Shown here in pieces: positions 26,023 through 35,354 of a stretch of DNA of 64,000 nucleotides. The notes beneath the pieces are model-generated. The model was not told the origin of the DNA. It made no database searches and saw only the letters and a program-made list of their open reading frames with translations. A program made the position numbers and the translations under genes. The stretch spans positions 6,786 through 70,785 of the forward strand of contig CAMNAO010000004.1 of the NCBI GenBank assembly GCA_946531435.1, given 5' to 3'. The number at the start of each line of letters is the position of its first letter. The stretch's first letter is position 1. The DNA is from an uncultured Clostridia bacterium (GTDB taxonomy: Bacteria > Bacillota > Clostridia > Oscillospirales > Oscillospiraceae).

Positions 26023-26053
26023 GGGGGCAGATGCCCGTCGGGCATCCGCCCCC
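26023..26053 (-). other. intercistronic stem-loop after the substrate-binding-protein (SBP) gene (14 bp including one G-U pair)
   Basis: gggggcagatgccc (26023-26036), loop gtc, then gggcatccgccccc (26040-26053). No U-tract. Its position downstream of the SBP gene is typical of ABC operons. Confidence 0.5.
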
Positions 26054-26086
26054 CAATCTGTCATGCGGGAATATGGATCCGGAAAC

Positions 26087-27790
26087 TCAGTCGTTGACGA
26101 CGATGGCGTGGCAGTCCAGCACGGTGGCGTTGTGGTTCAGAATGTTGGTAACATTTTTCTGGCAGGCAAAGATCTTCTGCGGCGCGTACAGGTACAGGTT
26201 GGGCTGGCACTCGTCAGCCTCGATCTCGAAGATCCTTCCAAGCAGCTCGGTCTGCTTCTCGGGAGAGACGGTGATCTGCAGCTCCTGGCAGAGGCCTCTC
26301 AGCTCCTCATTCTGGTAACCGGTGTTGAACTTGTCGTTGCCGATAACCTCGGGATAGGTCAGTCTCTGGTAAGGTGCGGAGGCACCGATGTTGGCCAGAA
26401 CAATGTCGAAGTCACGGGCGTCACGGGCCGCGTCATACAGGGAGACATCCAGGGGCTCCAGCTTGACGTTGATGCCCGCCTCCTGCCACATCATCTGCAG
26501 GGCCTGAGCAACTTCGTTGCCGTTGGAGACCGTAGACAGGGTATATACCAGTCTGAACTCACGTCCGTCATAGTTGGCCTTCTGCAGGAACTCTTTGGCC
26601 TTGTCCAGGTTGTACTCATACTTGGGGGCATCCTCATAGCCGTAGTAACCGGGCTGTGCGCCGCAGGTGCTGGGAACCGCAAAGCCATCCATGAGGGAGG
26701 AAACCAGCAGTTCACGGTCGATGGCGTAGTTGAGCGCACGGCAGAGGTCCTTGTTCTCGAAGGCGTCACCGGCGCCACAGGCCAGCTGCAGGAAGACCTG
26801 GTTGGCGGAGGGAAGCACGTTGACAGAGATGGAATCGATGCCGCTGAGATTGCCAAGCTCGGAGGTGGGGACGTTGTCGATGATGTCGACCTCACCGGTC
26901 TTCAGGGAGGCGATACGGGTGGTCTCCTCGGGGGAGTTCTCGAAGGTCAGATACTTGACGTTGGTATAGTAGCCGGTCTTCCTGTAGCCCCAATAGCCGT
27001 TCTCATCCTCTCTCAGCTTCAGAGTGACCTTGGAGTTGGTCAGGTCCACCTCGTCATAGGTGTAGGGACCGGATCCCACGGGGCACTGCCAGTAGGCGTC
27101 CCAGCCCATGGACTCGATGGTCTCAACGGGCATGATCTGAAGGCTGGCGCCGAAGTTGGCGACGAAGGCAGGCATGGGCTTGGTGAACTTGATGCGGATG
27201 GAATACTCACCGGTCTCCTCGATGCTGTCCAGATAAGGTCTCCAGGCCTTTACAATGCCGTCGGGGTAATACTCGCTGGCGCGAAGGTTCTCCATGGCCC
27301 ACCAGAGGTCATGGGCCGTCATATGAACGCCGTTGGTGAAATACACATCGTCGCGGATGGTGACGTCGCAGGTCAGATAGTCGTCGGACAGCTGGTAGTC
27401 GGTGGCAAGATAGTTCTCATACTCAAAATTCTCAGGGTTCACCCAGATCGGGCCGTCATAAACACAGTACATCTGGGATCCCAGGAAGTCACCGCCGGTG
27501 GCGGTCCACTTCTGAAGCGTGTGAGCCGTGGAGCCCATGTGATAGACCACGGTCTTGTCGGCGTCCGCTTCGGTCCAGGTCTCCTCCTTGGCGGCCGCCT
27601 GCTCCATGGTCACGCTCTGGGTCGTGCCGTCGCTGACTGGAGCTGTAGCGGGCTTATTCCCGGAGGGCTCGGACGTCGATGGCGTTCCGGTCTCCCCCTT
27701 GCCGCCGCAAGCCGCGAGAGCCATAGCGCTAATGGCCGCGGTGCTGAGGCCGGCAACCTTCAGGAAGTCTCTACGGGTTAAGGTCTTCAT
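26087..27790 (-). CDS. ABC transporter substrate-binding lipoprotein, family 5 (peptide/nickel/oligosaccharide type)
   Basis: ATG at 27790 follows AAAGGAG. The signal MKTLTRRDFLKVAGLSTAAISAMALAACGG carries a twin-arginine consensus (TRRDFLK) and a lipobox (LAAC). The mature part is typical of family-5 SBPs. Confidence 0.9.
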   Translation of the reverse strand: MKTLTRRDFLKVAGLSTAAISAMALAACGGKGETGTPSTSEPSGNKPATAPVSDGTTQSVTMEQAAAKEETWTEADADKTVVYHMGSTAHTLQKWTATGGDFLGSQMYCVYDGPIWVNPENFEYENYLATDYQLSDDYLTCDVTIRDDVYFTNGVHMTAHDLWWAMENLRASEYYPDGIVKAWRPYLDSIEETGEYSIRIKFTKPMPAFVANFGASLQIMPVETIESMGWDAYWQCPVGSGPYTYDEVDLTNSKVTLKLREDENGYWGYRKTGYYTNVKYLTFENSPEETTRIASLKTGEVDIIDNVPTSELGNLSGIDSISVNVLPSANQVFLQLACGAGDAFENKDLCRALNYAIDRELLVSSLMDGFAVPSTCGAQPGYYGYEDAPKYEYNLDKAKEFLQKANYDGREFRLVYTLSTVSNGNEVAQALQMMWQEAGINVKLEPLDVSLYDAARDARDFDIVLANIGASAPYQRLTYPEVIGNDKFNTGYQNEELRGLCQELQITVSPEKQTELLGRIFEIEADECQPNLYLYAPQKIFACQKNVTNILNHNATVLDCHAIVVND

Positions 27791-27823
27791 GTGCAATCTC
27801 CTTTTTCATTTTTTCGGTACCGG

Positions 27824-29077
27824 TTAAGGTGCCGTTATTCTTTTTTCTTGCCCCTTGCCGCCTTCGGCGTACAGCTCCCTGGGCTTGTCGAAAAGCTCTT
27901 CCTCCGCCAGGACCGCCGCGCCAAGAAGCACCGGGTCTGATTTGAGACTGGTATAATCGACGGTGAGATCCTCCGCCAGCTTGGGCAGGACCCGCTCCTT
28001 TAGGGTCTGCCTTACAGCCTCCAGGAAGGGCTCCCCTCCACCGGTCATCTCGTCTGTGATGACAATCCGCTTTGGATTGTAGAGGTAGACTGCGTTGGCC
28101 AGGCCGCAGCCCAGGTACCTGCCCGCCTCCCGCACCTTTTCCGTTGCGTAGGCATCTCCCAGGCGCATATGGGCGAACACCGTCTTTGCATCGATATGCT
28201 TCTCCGCGTTCAGGCTGCTTTCAGGGCGGTTGATAAGGCCGCTTTTTACATTCTCGGAAAACGCAAGGGATGAGCAGTACAGCTCCAGACAGCCGTAATT
28301 CCCGCAGGAGCACCTGGGGCCGTCGCTTTTGATCGACATGTGGCCCAGCTCTACGGCGGTTCCATCGGAGCCGTGAAGCAATCTGCCGTTCACCACAAGA
28401 CCCGCGCCCACGCCCTCGCCCACGTAGACGCTGAGAAGCGTTCCCTGCTGGCTGCGGAAGCGTCCATCTGTCCCGTAATACCACTCAGCACAGGCACTGG
28501 CGTTGGTATCGTGCTCAATCACCACAGGGATGCGGAAGGCCTGGCCCAAACTGTCAACGATGTTGATTTTGTCCCAGCCCTCAAATTGGGACATCATGGC
28601 GATACGGCCTTGTTCCCTCAAGTACGGACCGGGTACGGCAACCCCGATGGCCCGTACGTCTCCGTAGCGCTCCATATAGTCCTTACACACATGGATCATC
28701 TCTTCGATGACCTGGGCCGGCTTTGTCTTACCCGCCTCAAAGGGCACCATTCGGCTCTCCAGCAGGCTGCATCGAAGATCAAAAACACCGACCGTAAAGG
28801 AGCGCCTCGCCAGCTTGACACCGATGATACGACAGAAGCTCCTGTTAAGATGGATCTTGATGGCCCGTCGTCCCTTTCTGCCGGTTGACAGATCCCCCTC
28901 CACGACGAGATTCGCTTCGATCAGTTCAGAAATAATCTTGCTGATGGAGGCCTGCGTCAAGCCGATCTCCTCCGCAAGCTCGGTGCGGGTGCAGACATCC
29001 CGCTGCGACAACAGCCGCAGAACAAGAAAGCGATTTCCCGCCTGCATGGATTCGCTGTTCGTGCCGGAAGCTTTCAT
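27824..29077 (-). CDS. ROK-family transcriptional regulator (ROK1)
   Basis: N-terminal winged HTH (LSQRDVCTRTELAEEIGLTQASISKIISEL) plus a ROK sugar-kinase-like fold with the Zn motif CSCGNYGCLE. The ATG at 29077 (MKASGTNSESMQAGNR) parallels the ROK2 N-terminus; the ORF-track start is a TTG. Confidence 0.85.
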   Translation of the reverse strand: MKASGTNSESMQAGNRFLVLRLLSQRDVCTRTELAEEIGLTQASISKIISELIEANLVVEGDLSTGRKGRRAIKIHLNRSFCRIIGVKLARRSFTVGVFDLRCSLLESRMVPFEAGKTKPAQVIEEMIHVCKDYMERYGDVRAIGVAVPGPYLREQGRIAMMSQFEGWDKINIVDSLGQAFRIPVVIEHDTNASACAEWYYGTDGRFRSQQGTLLSVYVGEGVGAGLVVNGRLLHGSDGTAVELGHMSIKSDGPRCSCGNYGCLELYCSSLAFSENVKSGLINRPESSLNAEKHIDAKTVFAHMRLGDAYATEKVREAGRYLGCGLANAVYLYNPKRIVITDEMTGGGEPFLEAVRQTLKERVLPKLAEDLTVDYTSLKSDPVLLGAAVLAEEELFDKPRELYAEGGKGQEKRITAP

Positions 29078-29109
29078 CTCAACCGTCCCGCCTATGATCA
29101 ATCTCTGTA

Positions 29110-29262
29110 TTACTTATACCAAATAATTAATTAACCCGCGCTATTTCTCAACGTCGTTAATTATTAACATCGTTAATTTATCATGTTTGTGAAGTAATTG
29201 CAATCCTTTATTCATCATTGTCACAATTTTGCGCACAATTGACAAATTGAAGTGAAGATTCA
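29110..29262. promoter_or_regulatory. AT-rich promoter/operator region upstream of ROK1 and the importer
   Basis: Sharp GC drop. Contains palindromes TTAATTAA and GTTAAT-t-ATTAAC, the direct repeat TCGTTAAT twice, and repeated ACAATT/CAATTG units. Confidence 0.35.
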
Positions 29263-29316
29263 CAGCACTTTGACGAACAGCCCCGCCTGCGTTTTTGAAG
29301 ATCGGCTGCATAATGC

Positions 29317-29361
29317 AAAAGAGACAGGAGCCGGGATTTCTTCCCGTCTCCTGTCTCTTTT
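29317..29361 (-). terminator. intrinsic terminator after hydrolase E
   Basis: A 16-bp stem with one mismatch (gagacaggagccggga / tcccgtctcctgtctc), loop tttct, flanked by AAAA and TTTT. Confidence 0.7.
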
Positions 29362-29376
29362 GATCTCCGGCTCCTT

Positions 29377-31113
29377 TCAGAAGCACTCGCGGATCCCGCC
29401 CGTCTCCGGATCCCTGCGGAATCTGCGGAGGAATCCGAAGGTCAGCCACGGCATATGCGCGGTCGTTCCATGGGGCATGTTGTCCAGGGTCACGACGCGC
29501 AGGTGGGTTTTCCCTTCCCTGTTGACGCAGTCCCCGATATAGCACTCATCCCCCTCAAAATACAGGGTCTCACTGTGATCCGTGGGGACTCCCAGCTTCC
29601 GGTCGGCCTTGGAGGGGCTGCGGGAGATCCCCAGGATCTCCTCCGGGCTCTTCGGCTCGCAATTGAAGGCGCGAAGTCGGTTCTGCCAGAGGGTGATCCT
29701 TCGTTCCTCGCTGAGGAAACGGCTCTTCTCCAGGTCGATGAAGCTGTTCTCCCAGTCGCCGTTGATGTTGATAAAGGGCATGTCTACCTTTGCCATCTCA
29801 TCCAGTTCCTCCCCGCTCAGCTTCGGGGCCGCGTGGCCGTCTCCGTATCCGTGGTTTCCGCCCATCACACCGCAGCCGGCAAGGAACGTGGGATGCCTGC
29901 GGTAAAACTCCATGGCATAGCCTCCGTTGTGGGAGTGACCGGTGATATACAGCGCTGTCCGATCCAGAAAGGGGTACATCTCCCCGGCCTCCTGCACGAG
30001 ATCGATGAGCAGCTCGTTGTCCTCCACATCCTCCAGGACGAAAAACAGCAGCATCAGATCCCCCTGGGCAGCGATCTCCAGGTATTCGTACCACATCGCG
30101 TAAGCGGACAGGACCGTGTGCCGGTCCGCGGGGTTGATCTCCTGCATGATGCACATGCACGGCAGCGGCTCCTCCGGGCGGTCAAGGGCGGATTTCGGGA
30201 CAACGGTGACCCAGCCGCGGCCGTCCGTTTCATGATACCGCGCCTCGATTCCCATGGTATCGAACAGTTCCCGGACGCCGGGCTCGTCAACCCGATCAAA
30301 GGCGTATTCCAGATGAATGGCGGCGGCACAGCGTCTGCCGATATGGCTGTAGATCAGGCGGTCATAATCCAGCGGGACCGTGCCGATCCCCCCGTTATAA
30401 AAATTTGCAAGCTGCAGGCTGTTGCGGCTGGCCCATTTCCCGGTGATGTTGATCGCACGCACACCGTAATCGAAGAAGTTCTCAATAACGGGCGTTTCCC
30501 CGGGACAGTATTTCTCGATAAACCCCGGGACCTCCTCCAGCCGGCAGCCGGCGGCGCAGAAGCGCTCGATATCCAGATACAGCCGTCCGTGCCTGACCCG
30601 ATAGCGCTGGGTAAGCTCACGCAGAATGATCACCGCGAGCTCCGTCCGGTCGGATCTGCAGATGGTCGTGAAGACGAGCAGATTCCCTGCGGCGGCGGCC
30701 GCCTCCAGGCGATCCCTGTAGATCTCCACGGCATCCAGGGCATAATAGGGATCGGAGCGATAGTCGACCTCATTCAGGATAAGAAGAGTTTTGGGGTTGT
30801 TTTCCCTGCCCTCAAGAACGCTGTCCGGGATCAGGGCCATCCAGTGCTCCCCCGCGTGATTCAGGACAAGGCGGCAGCCCTTCTCTTCCCACTCGCGGAA
30901 CAGGGAATCCGGAAGCCAGGCGTTCAACCGTTTGTCAAAGGCGGCGTTCTCCTCCATCGCCCTCCGTTCCTCCGCGCTTCTCGGAAGCGGCTCATCCCGG
31001 TAGAGGCCCCTCTCGGCGGTGTAGGCAGTCAGATCAGCCAGGGGGCTGATCTTCTCCCGCCAGGCCTCCTCCCGCCAGAGCTCCATGTTTTCATATCTGT
31101 AGTACCGATTCAT
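29377..31113 (-). CDS. tandem pseudo-esterase + esterase alpha/beta-hydrolase (paralog E)
   Basis: N-terminus MNRYYRYENMELW. Active elbow RTALYITGHSHNG; degenerate half HGRLYLDIE. C-terminus NMPH...FGFLRRFRRDPETGGIRECF. Own RBS GGAGG. Flanked by terminators on both sides. Confidence 0.75.
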   Translation of the reverse strand: MNRYYRYENMELWREEAWREKISPLADLTAYTAERGLYRDEPLPRSAEERRAMEENAAFDKRLNAWLPDSLFREWEEKGCRLVLNHAGEHWMALIPDSVLEGRENNPKTLLILNEVDYRSDPYYALDAVEIYRDRLEAAAAAGNLLVFTTICRSDRTELAVIILRELTQRYRVRHGRLYLDIERFCAAGCRLEEVPGFIEKYCPGETPVIENFFDYGVRAINITGKWASRNSLQLANFYNGGIGTVPLDYDRLIYSHIGRRCAAAIHLEYAFDRVDEPGVRELFDTMGIEARYHETDGRGWVTVVPKSALDRPEEPLPCMCIMQEINPADRHTVLSAYAMWYEYLEIAAQGDLMLLFFVLEDVEDNELLIDLVQEAGEMYPFLDRTALYITGHSHNGGYAMEFYRRHPTFLAGCGVMGGNHGYGDGHAAPKLSGEELDEMAKVDMPFININGDWENSFIDLEKSRFLSEERRITLWQNRLRAFNCEPKSPEEILGISRSPSKADRKLGVPTDHSETLYFEGDECYIGDCVNREGKTHLRVVTLDNMPHGTTAHMPWLTFGFLRRFRRDPETGGIRECF

Positions 31114-31161
31114 TCTCGCCTCCGCATTCTTTCCGCTCCGTTTCCCGGGCAGAGTATTTGC

Positions 31162-31174
31162 TTAACTTTGTTAA
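31162..31174. promoter_or_regulatory. candidate operator palindrome TTAAC-ttt-GTTAA upstream of hydrolase E
   Basis: Perfect 5-bp arms. The half-site resembles the GTTAAT/ATTAAC palindrome upstream of ROK1. Confidence 0.3.
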
Positions 31175-31220
31175 CAAAATCATACCCTATTCCGCACAAA
31201 AACGCAAGCAGATTCTGCTG

Positions 31221-31257
31221 CAAAAAAACACCGCCGTTTTTGTGGAAACGGCGATGT
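31221..31257 (-). terminator. intrinsic terminator after ROK2
   Basis: Minus-strand RNA reads ACAUCGCCGUUU-CCACAA-AAACGGCGGUGU followed by U7. Confidence 0.7.
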
Positions 31258-31279
31258 TCTGTCTGATGCATTCCTTCTG

Positions 31280-32497
31280 TTATTCATCTCTGTAAAGCAT
31301 GCGGGGGTTCTTGAATACCTCCGCGGTGGCTATGGCGGCGGCACCCATCAGCATCGGATCCTCCCCCAGATGCGAATAGTGGATGGACAGGCCGGCAAAA
31401 AGCTTTGGCAGGGTACGCTCCTGAACGGTCTCGAGGATGGAGGCGAGAAGGATATCACCGCCCTGCTTGATCACGTCGGCAAGAATAATCTTCTCGGGAT
31501 TGTAGATATAGACGATATTTGCGAGCCCGACTCCGATATAATGCCCAAGCTCCCGCACCTTCTGAATGGCATAGCTGTCCCCGCGACGCATGTGCAGGAA
31601 CGCGACCTCCGCCGTGATCTCTTTTTCAGTATTCAGAGAGCTCTCCGGATGCTGGGGCAGATCACGCACGACGGACGCCGCGAAAGCGGGGGCCGAGCAG
31701 TAGGTCTCCAGGCAACCGCGGTTGCCGCAGATACATTTTGGGCCGTTCATATCGATGGTCATGTGCCCCACCTCTCCGAAGATGCCGTTAGAGCCGTGAA
31801 GAATGACCGAATCCTCGATCACCCCGGCGCCGACTCCGTCATTGGAGAGGAAGCTAACCAATGTGCCATGCTCCTTGAAGCGCTCCGAGGAGCCGTAGAG
31901 GAACTCGGCATATACGGCGGCATTGGTGTCGTGCTCCACAACCACAGGGATCTCAAAGCAATCCGTCAGTTCTTTTTGAAAATCTACCATCTCCCAGCCG
32001 CTGAAACCGCTCATCAGCGCAATCCTGCCGGCATCGCGGAGATAGGGTCCCGGCACCGCGACGCCGATGCCACGCACGGAAGGGTATTCTTTCAGAAGGG
32101 AGCGAACGGTCTCCTTGATTTTGCGCATGACGTCGTCCGGCTTCAATAGTCCCTTGGGAAGCTTCACCTGTACACTCTTCAGCACCGCTGCTTGAAGGTC
32201 AAACACTGCCGCGGAAAAATACCTTCTGGCAAGCTTGACGGCGATCACATGGAAATAATCGGAAACAAGAGAGAGCTCAATCCTCCGTCTGCCGATCTTC
32301 CCGGCGGCACCGAGCTTTTCGCTGACCACGCCTGCTTCAATGAGCTCATCAACGATCTTGCTGATAGACGCCTGCGTGAGGCCCATCATTTTTGCGAGTT
32401 CGGATCTTGAAATCGACCCTCGCCGCAGAATAAAGCTCAGGGCCAGCGCGCGGTTGCCCGCCTGCATCGTTGAAACATTTTGTCCGGAAATTGCCAT
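31280..32497 (-). CDS. ROK-family transcriptional regulator (ROK2, paralog of ROK1)
   Basis: HTH LRRGSISRSELAKMMGLTQASISKIVDEL, Zn motif CICGNRGCLE, collinear with ROK1. Confidence 0.85.
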   Translation of the reverse strand: MAISGQNVSTMQAGNRALALSFILRRGSISRSELAKMMGLTQASISKIVDELIEAGVVSEKLGAAGKIGRRRIELSLVSDYFHVIAVKLARRYFSAAVFDLQAAVLKSVQVKLPKGLLKPDDVMRKIKETVRSLLKEYPSVRGIGVAVPGPYLRDAGRIALMSGFSGWEMVDFQKELTDCFEIPVVVEHDTNAAVYAEFLYGSSERFKEHGTLVSFLSNDGVGAGVIEDSVILHGSNGIFGEVGHMTIDMNGPKCICGNRGCLETYCSAPAFAASVVRDLPQHPESSLNTEKEITAEVAFLHMRRGDSYAIQKVRELGHYIGVGLANIVYIYNPEKIILADVIKQGGDILLASILETVQERTLPKLFAGLSIHYSHLGEDPMLMGAAAIATAEVFKNPRMLYRDE

Positions 32498-32663
32498 AAG
32501 GAATCCGCCTTTCCGTTTTTTTCATAAACACGTTTGCTGCATCAGGGCGCGAATCGATGGGTCTCCCTGCCTGACAGGCCCGGGCCCATCCCTTTCCGCT
32601 TACAAATCCCGGCGTCGGTAGAGGCAGGAAACGTTTCTCGGGTGTTGGCCGGGAAGTCGCAGG

Positions 32664-33905
32664 TCAATGCCTCTGGAAATACCGGTCCAATTCCTTCTTC
32701 ATGCTTTCGGGCATTTCTCTCTTCACAGGAAGAACAATGCTGTTCGCTGTCCGCTCAATCAGCGCGGAGGAAAACGCTCCGATCTTCTGAAGTTCGTCCG
32801 CGGATATGGTCGCCAGAACGTCATGCCGGGTATGGATTTCGGCGCTTTTGGTTCCCCTGGATATGCCGATTGACGGCACTCCTCGATCCGCAAAGGGCGC
32901 CGAATCGCTGGAGTGCACCCTCACCTGCAGATCCGCAGACCACCCGACTTCCTTGCAATACTGATCCACATAGGAATAGAGGTCATCCCCTCCCGTGATC
33001 TTGATATTATTCGATCCCAGGATGGTGCCGCACATATCGAAGTTGAAGCACAGTCGGATGCTTTCCACAAGCTCCGGATTGGCGTCAACAAATGCGTGGC
33101 TGCCGAGCAGTCCCTGTTCCTCGCTGCCGCACCATAAGAATCTCAGCGTCCTCCGGGTGGGGCGGGACAGGAAGGTTTTGTACAGATACATCAGGTTCGC
33201 GCTGCCGGTGGCATTATCCCAGGAACCGGTGCCCACCGCCACGCTGTCATAATGGGCGGTCAGAACAATGGATTCCTCCGGAGAAGCCGTACCGGGGATC
33301 ACCGCCAAGAGATTATGGGATTTCCTTTCGATCTCCCGCTGGGAAAGCCGGATCCGGATCCGCTTCGTTTTTCTTCTTACCAACTCCATGGCGTCCCTGG
33401 CAATCAGCATGAAGCCGGGAATCCTTCCGTTTTCCAAAAACTCATATCGAATCGATCTGGGATTCAGATCCGCGGTCTTTTCCGATTGATAGTACATCCC
33501 ATTGACGGTTAAAAAGGCCGCCGCCTTTTTTTCGCAAAGGATCTTATATGCGTCATAAGTCAGCGCATTGATCAGAACAACACTGTTTTCCAGGCTATCG
33601 ATCCCCGCGTAATCCATCGCTTTGCCATCTCCAGCATAGAAAAACCCAAATTCTCCGTCTAGATCCCCGCTCCTTCCATAGGGGAGCACATGGATGGTTT
33701 TCTCATAAGGGGCCGTGACTTCAAAAAGCAGGTTCTCATTCTCATAGGCCTTGATCGGAAAAGGCAATGCCTCACAAGTCCCGCCCGCCTTAAAAATCTC
33801 ATTGGCCAGGATCTCCCGCGCCCGGTCCTCCTCCGGGGTCCCTCCATATCGAACAAAACTGAGTTTTTTTACGAGTTCGTACTGATCCTTTCCGCGCTGT
33901 TTCAT
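32664..33905 (-). CDS. M28-family metallopeptidase (aminopeptidase-like, with PA-like insert)
   Basis: Metal-ligand pattern LTAHYDS, WDNATG, GSEEQGLLGS, FNFDM. Confidence 0.8.
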   Translation of the reverse strand: MKQRGKDQYELVKKLSFVRYGGTPEEDRAREILANEIFKAGGTCEALPFPIKAYENENLLFEVTAPYEKTIHVLPYGRSGDLDGEFGFFYAGDGKAMDYAGIDSLENSVVLINALTYDAYKILCEKKAAAFLTVNGMYYQSEKTADLNPRSIRYEFLENGRIPGFMLIARDAMELVRRKTKRIRIRLSQREIERKSHNLLAVIPGTASPEESIVLTAHYDSVAVGTGSWDNATGSANLMYLYKTFLSRPTRRTLRFLWCGSEEQGLLGSHAFVDANPELVESIRLCFNFDMCGTILGSNNIKITGGDDLYSYVDQYCKEVGWSADLQVRVHSSDSAPFADRGVPSIGISRGTKSAEIHTRHDVLATISADELQKIGAFSSALIERTANSIVLPVKREMPESMKKELDRYFQRH

Positions 33906-33971
33906 CTTCTCGGATAACTCCTTTCTGATGTATCATGCTCGCTGAAAAGCGTTAAAACCCAGGGACCGGCC

Positions 33972-35354
33972 TCACTTCTTCTGGTCTACAAGCAGGCGGC
34001 GGGTCTTCCACTTGCCGCTGAGGAAATAAGCCATGGCCGTAAGTCCGGGGACCAGCTGACAAAGTGCCGCGCCCCAGAAATAGCTGTCGGCGCCCAGATG
34101 AAAGACGTTGAGGCAGACGTAGATGACAATAAGGCGGCAGGCCGGATCCAGGATCCCCAGCAGGAAGATGAGGGTCGGTGAGCCGACACCCACGCCGATG
34201 GACTTGAACGCACCGGCAAAGGCCGTAACGAGGCAGCCGAAGGACATGATCTGCAGAAACACCACACCATACTCGATCACCGCAGCGTCGGTAGAAAAGA
34301 AGCCAAAGAGCTGCCGCGGGATCGTACGGAACAGCACAGAGACGCAGACGCCCATACACATTGTGATTGCCAGGGTGGTCCACATCGTCTTGGCCGCACG
34401 GTCGCTTTTCCGTGCGCCCAGGTTCTGCGCCATCATGGCTCCGCAGGCGCCGTCTACACCCTGCTGGAAAACGTTCATGAATTTCTCCACCTTGTTGCCG
34501 ACGCCATAGGTGGCAGAGGCCACAAGTCCATAGGTGTTGACGCTTGCCTTGACGTAAGCAAGGGTCCCGTTGATGACAATCGTGCGAAGCAGCTGGGGGA
34601 TGCCCACCTTCATCATTGCCAGAAGAAGCTCTCTGTCAATCTTAAAGAACGCCAGATTGAGTTCAAAGCCAAACTGATCCCGGTTGATATAAAGATACCG
34701 GAACGCCAGCAAAAAGGAGAGCAGTTGAGAGAGCGCGGTAGCTATCGCCACACCGGCCGCCTCCAGGTGGAACAGCGCCACAAAAATGAGTGCAAGGATG
34801 ATATGGACGATAGAGGAGATCGTGACAAAAGTAAGCGGCTTTTTCGCCTCACCCATGCCGCGAAGGACACCGCACACCGCATTGTAGCCGAAAACCACGG
34901 GAATGCCGAAGGCGGAGACGACCATATAGGTCTGTGCCTGTCCGAAGGCCTCCTCCGGGCAGTTCATGATCCGGAGAATAGGGCCGGAGAAGAACAGGGG
35001 AAAGATCATAAAGATCAGGGAAAGGCCGAAGGATACCGTCAGCAGCGTGCCGATGGACTTCTTGAACCGGGTCATATCCTGCATGCCGAAAAGCTGGGCG
35101 ATCAGCACCTGTCCCCCCATGGCAAGGGCGGTGGAAAAGGGCAGCATCAGGTCATTGACCTCTCCCCCGTTGGAAATACCAGAGGAACCGATACTCCCCA
35201 CAAACTTACCCATGATGGCCATATCGACAACGGAATAAAGCTGTTGAACCACGCTGGCAAGGATGATCGGGATGGCAAAAGAAACCAGTGTTTTCAGGAC
35301 CGGCCCCTCTGTCAGATTTTTACCAACCTTCTTCTTTGCTTCAGGCACTGACAT
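33972..35354 (-). CDS. MATE-family efflux transporter
   Basis: 12-TM profile with the N-terminus LTEGPVLKTLVSFAIPIILASVVQQLYSVVD typical of MATE/NorM. The ATG at 35354 follows GGGAAAGGAG; the ORF-track start is a GTG inside the RBS. Confidence 0.9.
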   Translation of the reverse strand: MSVPEAKKKVGKNLTEGPVLKTLVSFAIPIILASVVQQLYSVVDMAIMGKFVGSIGSSGISNGGEVNDLMLPFSTALAMGGQVLIAQLFGMQDMTRFKKSIGTLLTVSFGLSLIFMIFPLFFSGPILRIMNCPEEAFGQAQTYMVVSAFGIPVVFGYNAVCGVLRGMGEAKKPLTFVTISSIVHIILALIFVALFHLEAAGVAIATALSQLLSFLLAFRYLYINRDQFGFELNLAFFKIDRELLLAMMKVGIPQLLRTIVINGTLAYVKASVNTYGLVASATYGVGNKVEKFMNVFQQGVDGACGAMMAQNLGARKSDRAAKTMWTTLAITMCMGVCVSVLFRTIPRQLFGFFSTDAAVIEYGVVFLQIMSFGCLVTAFAGAFKSIGVGVGSPTLIFLLGILDPACRLIVIYVCLNVFHLGADSYFWGAALCQLVPGLTAMAYFLSGKWKTRRLLVDQKK

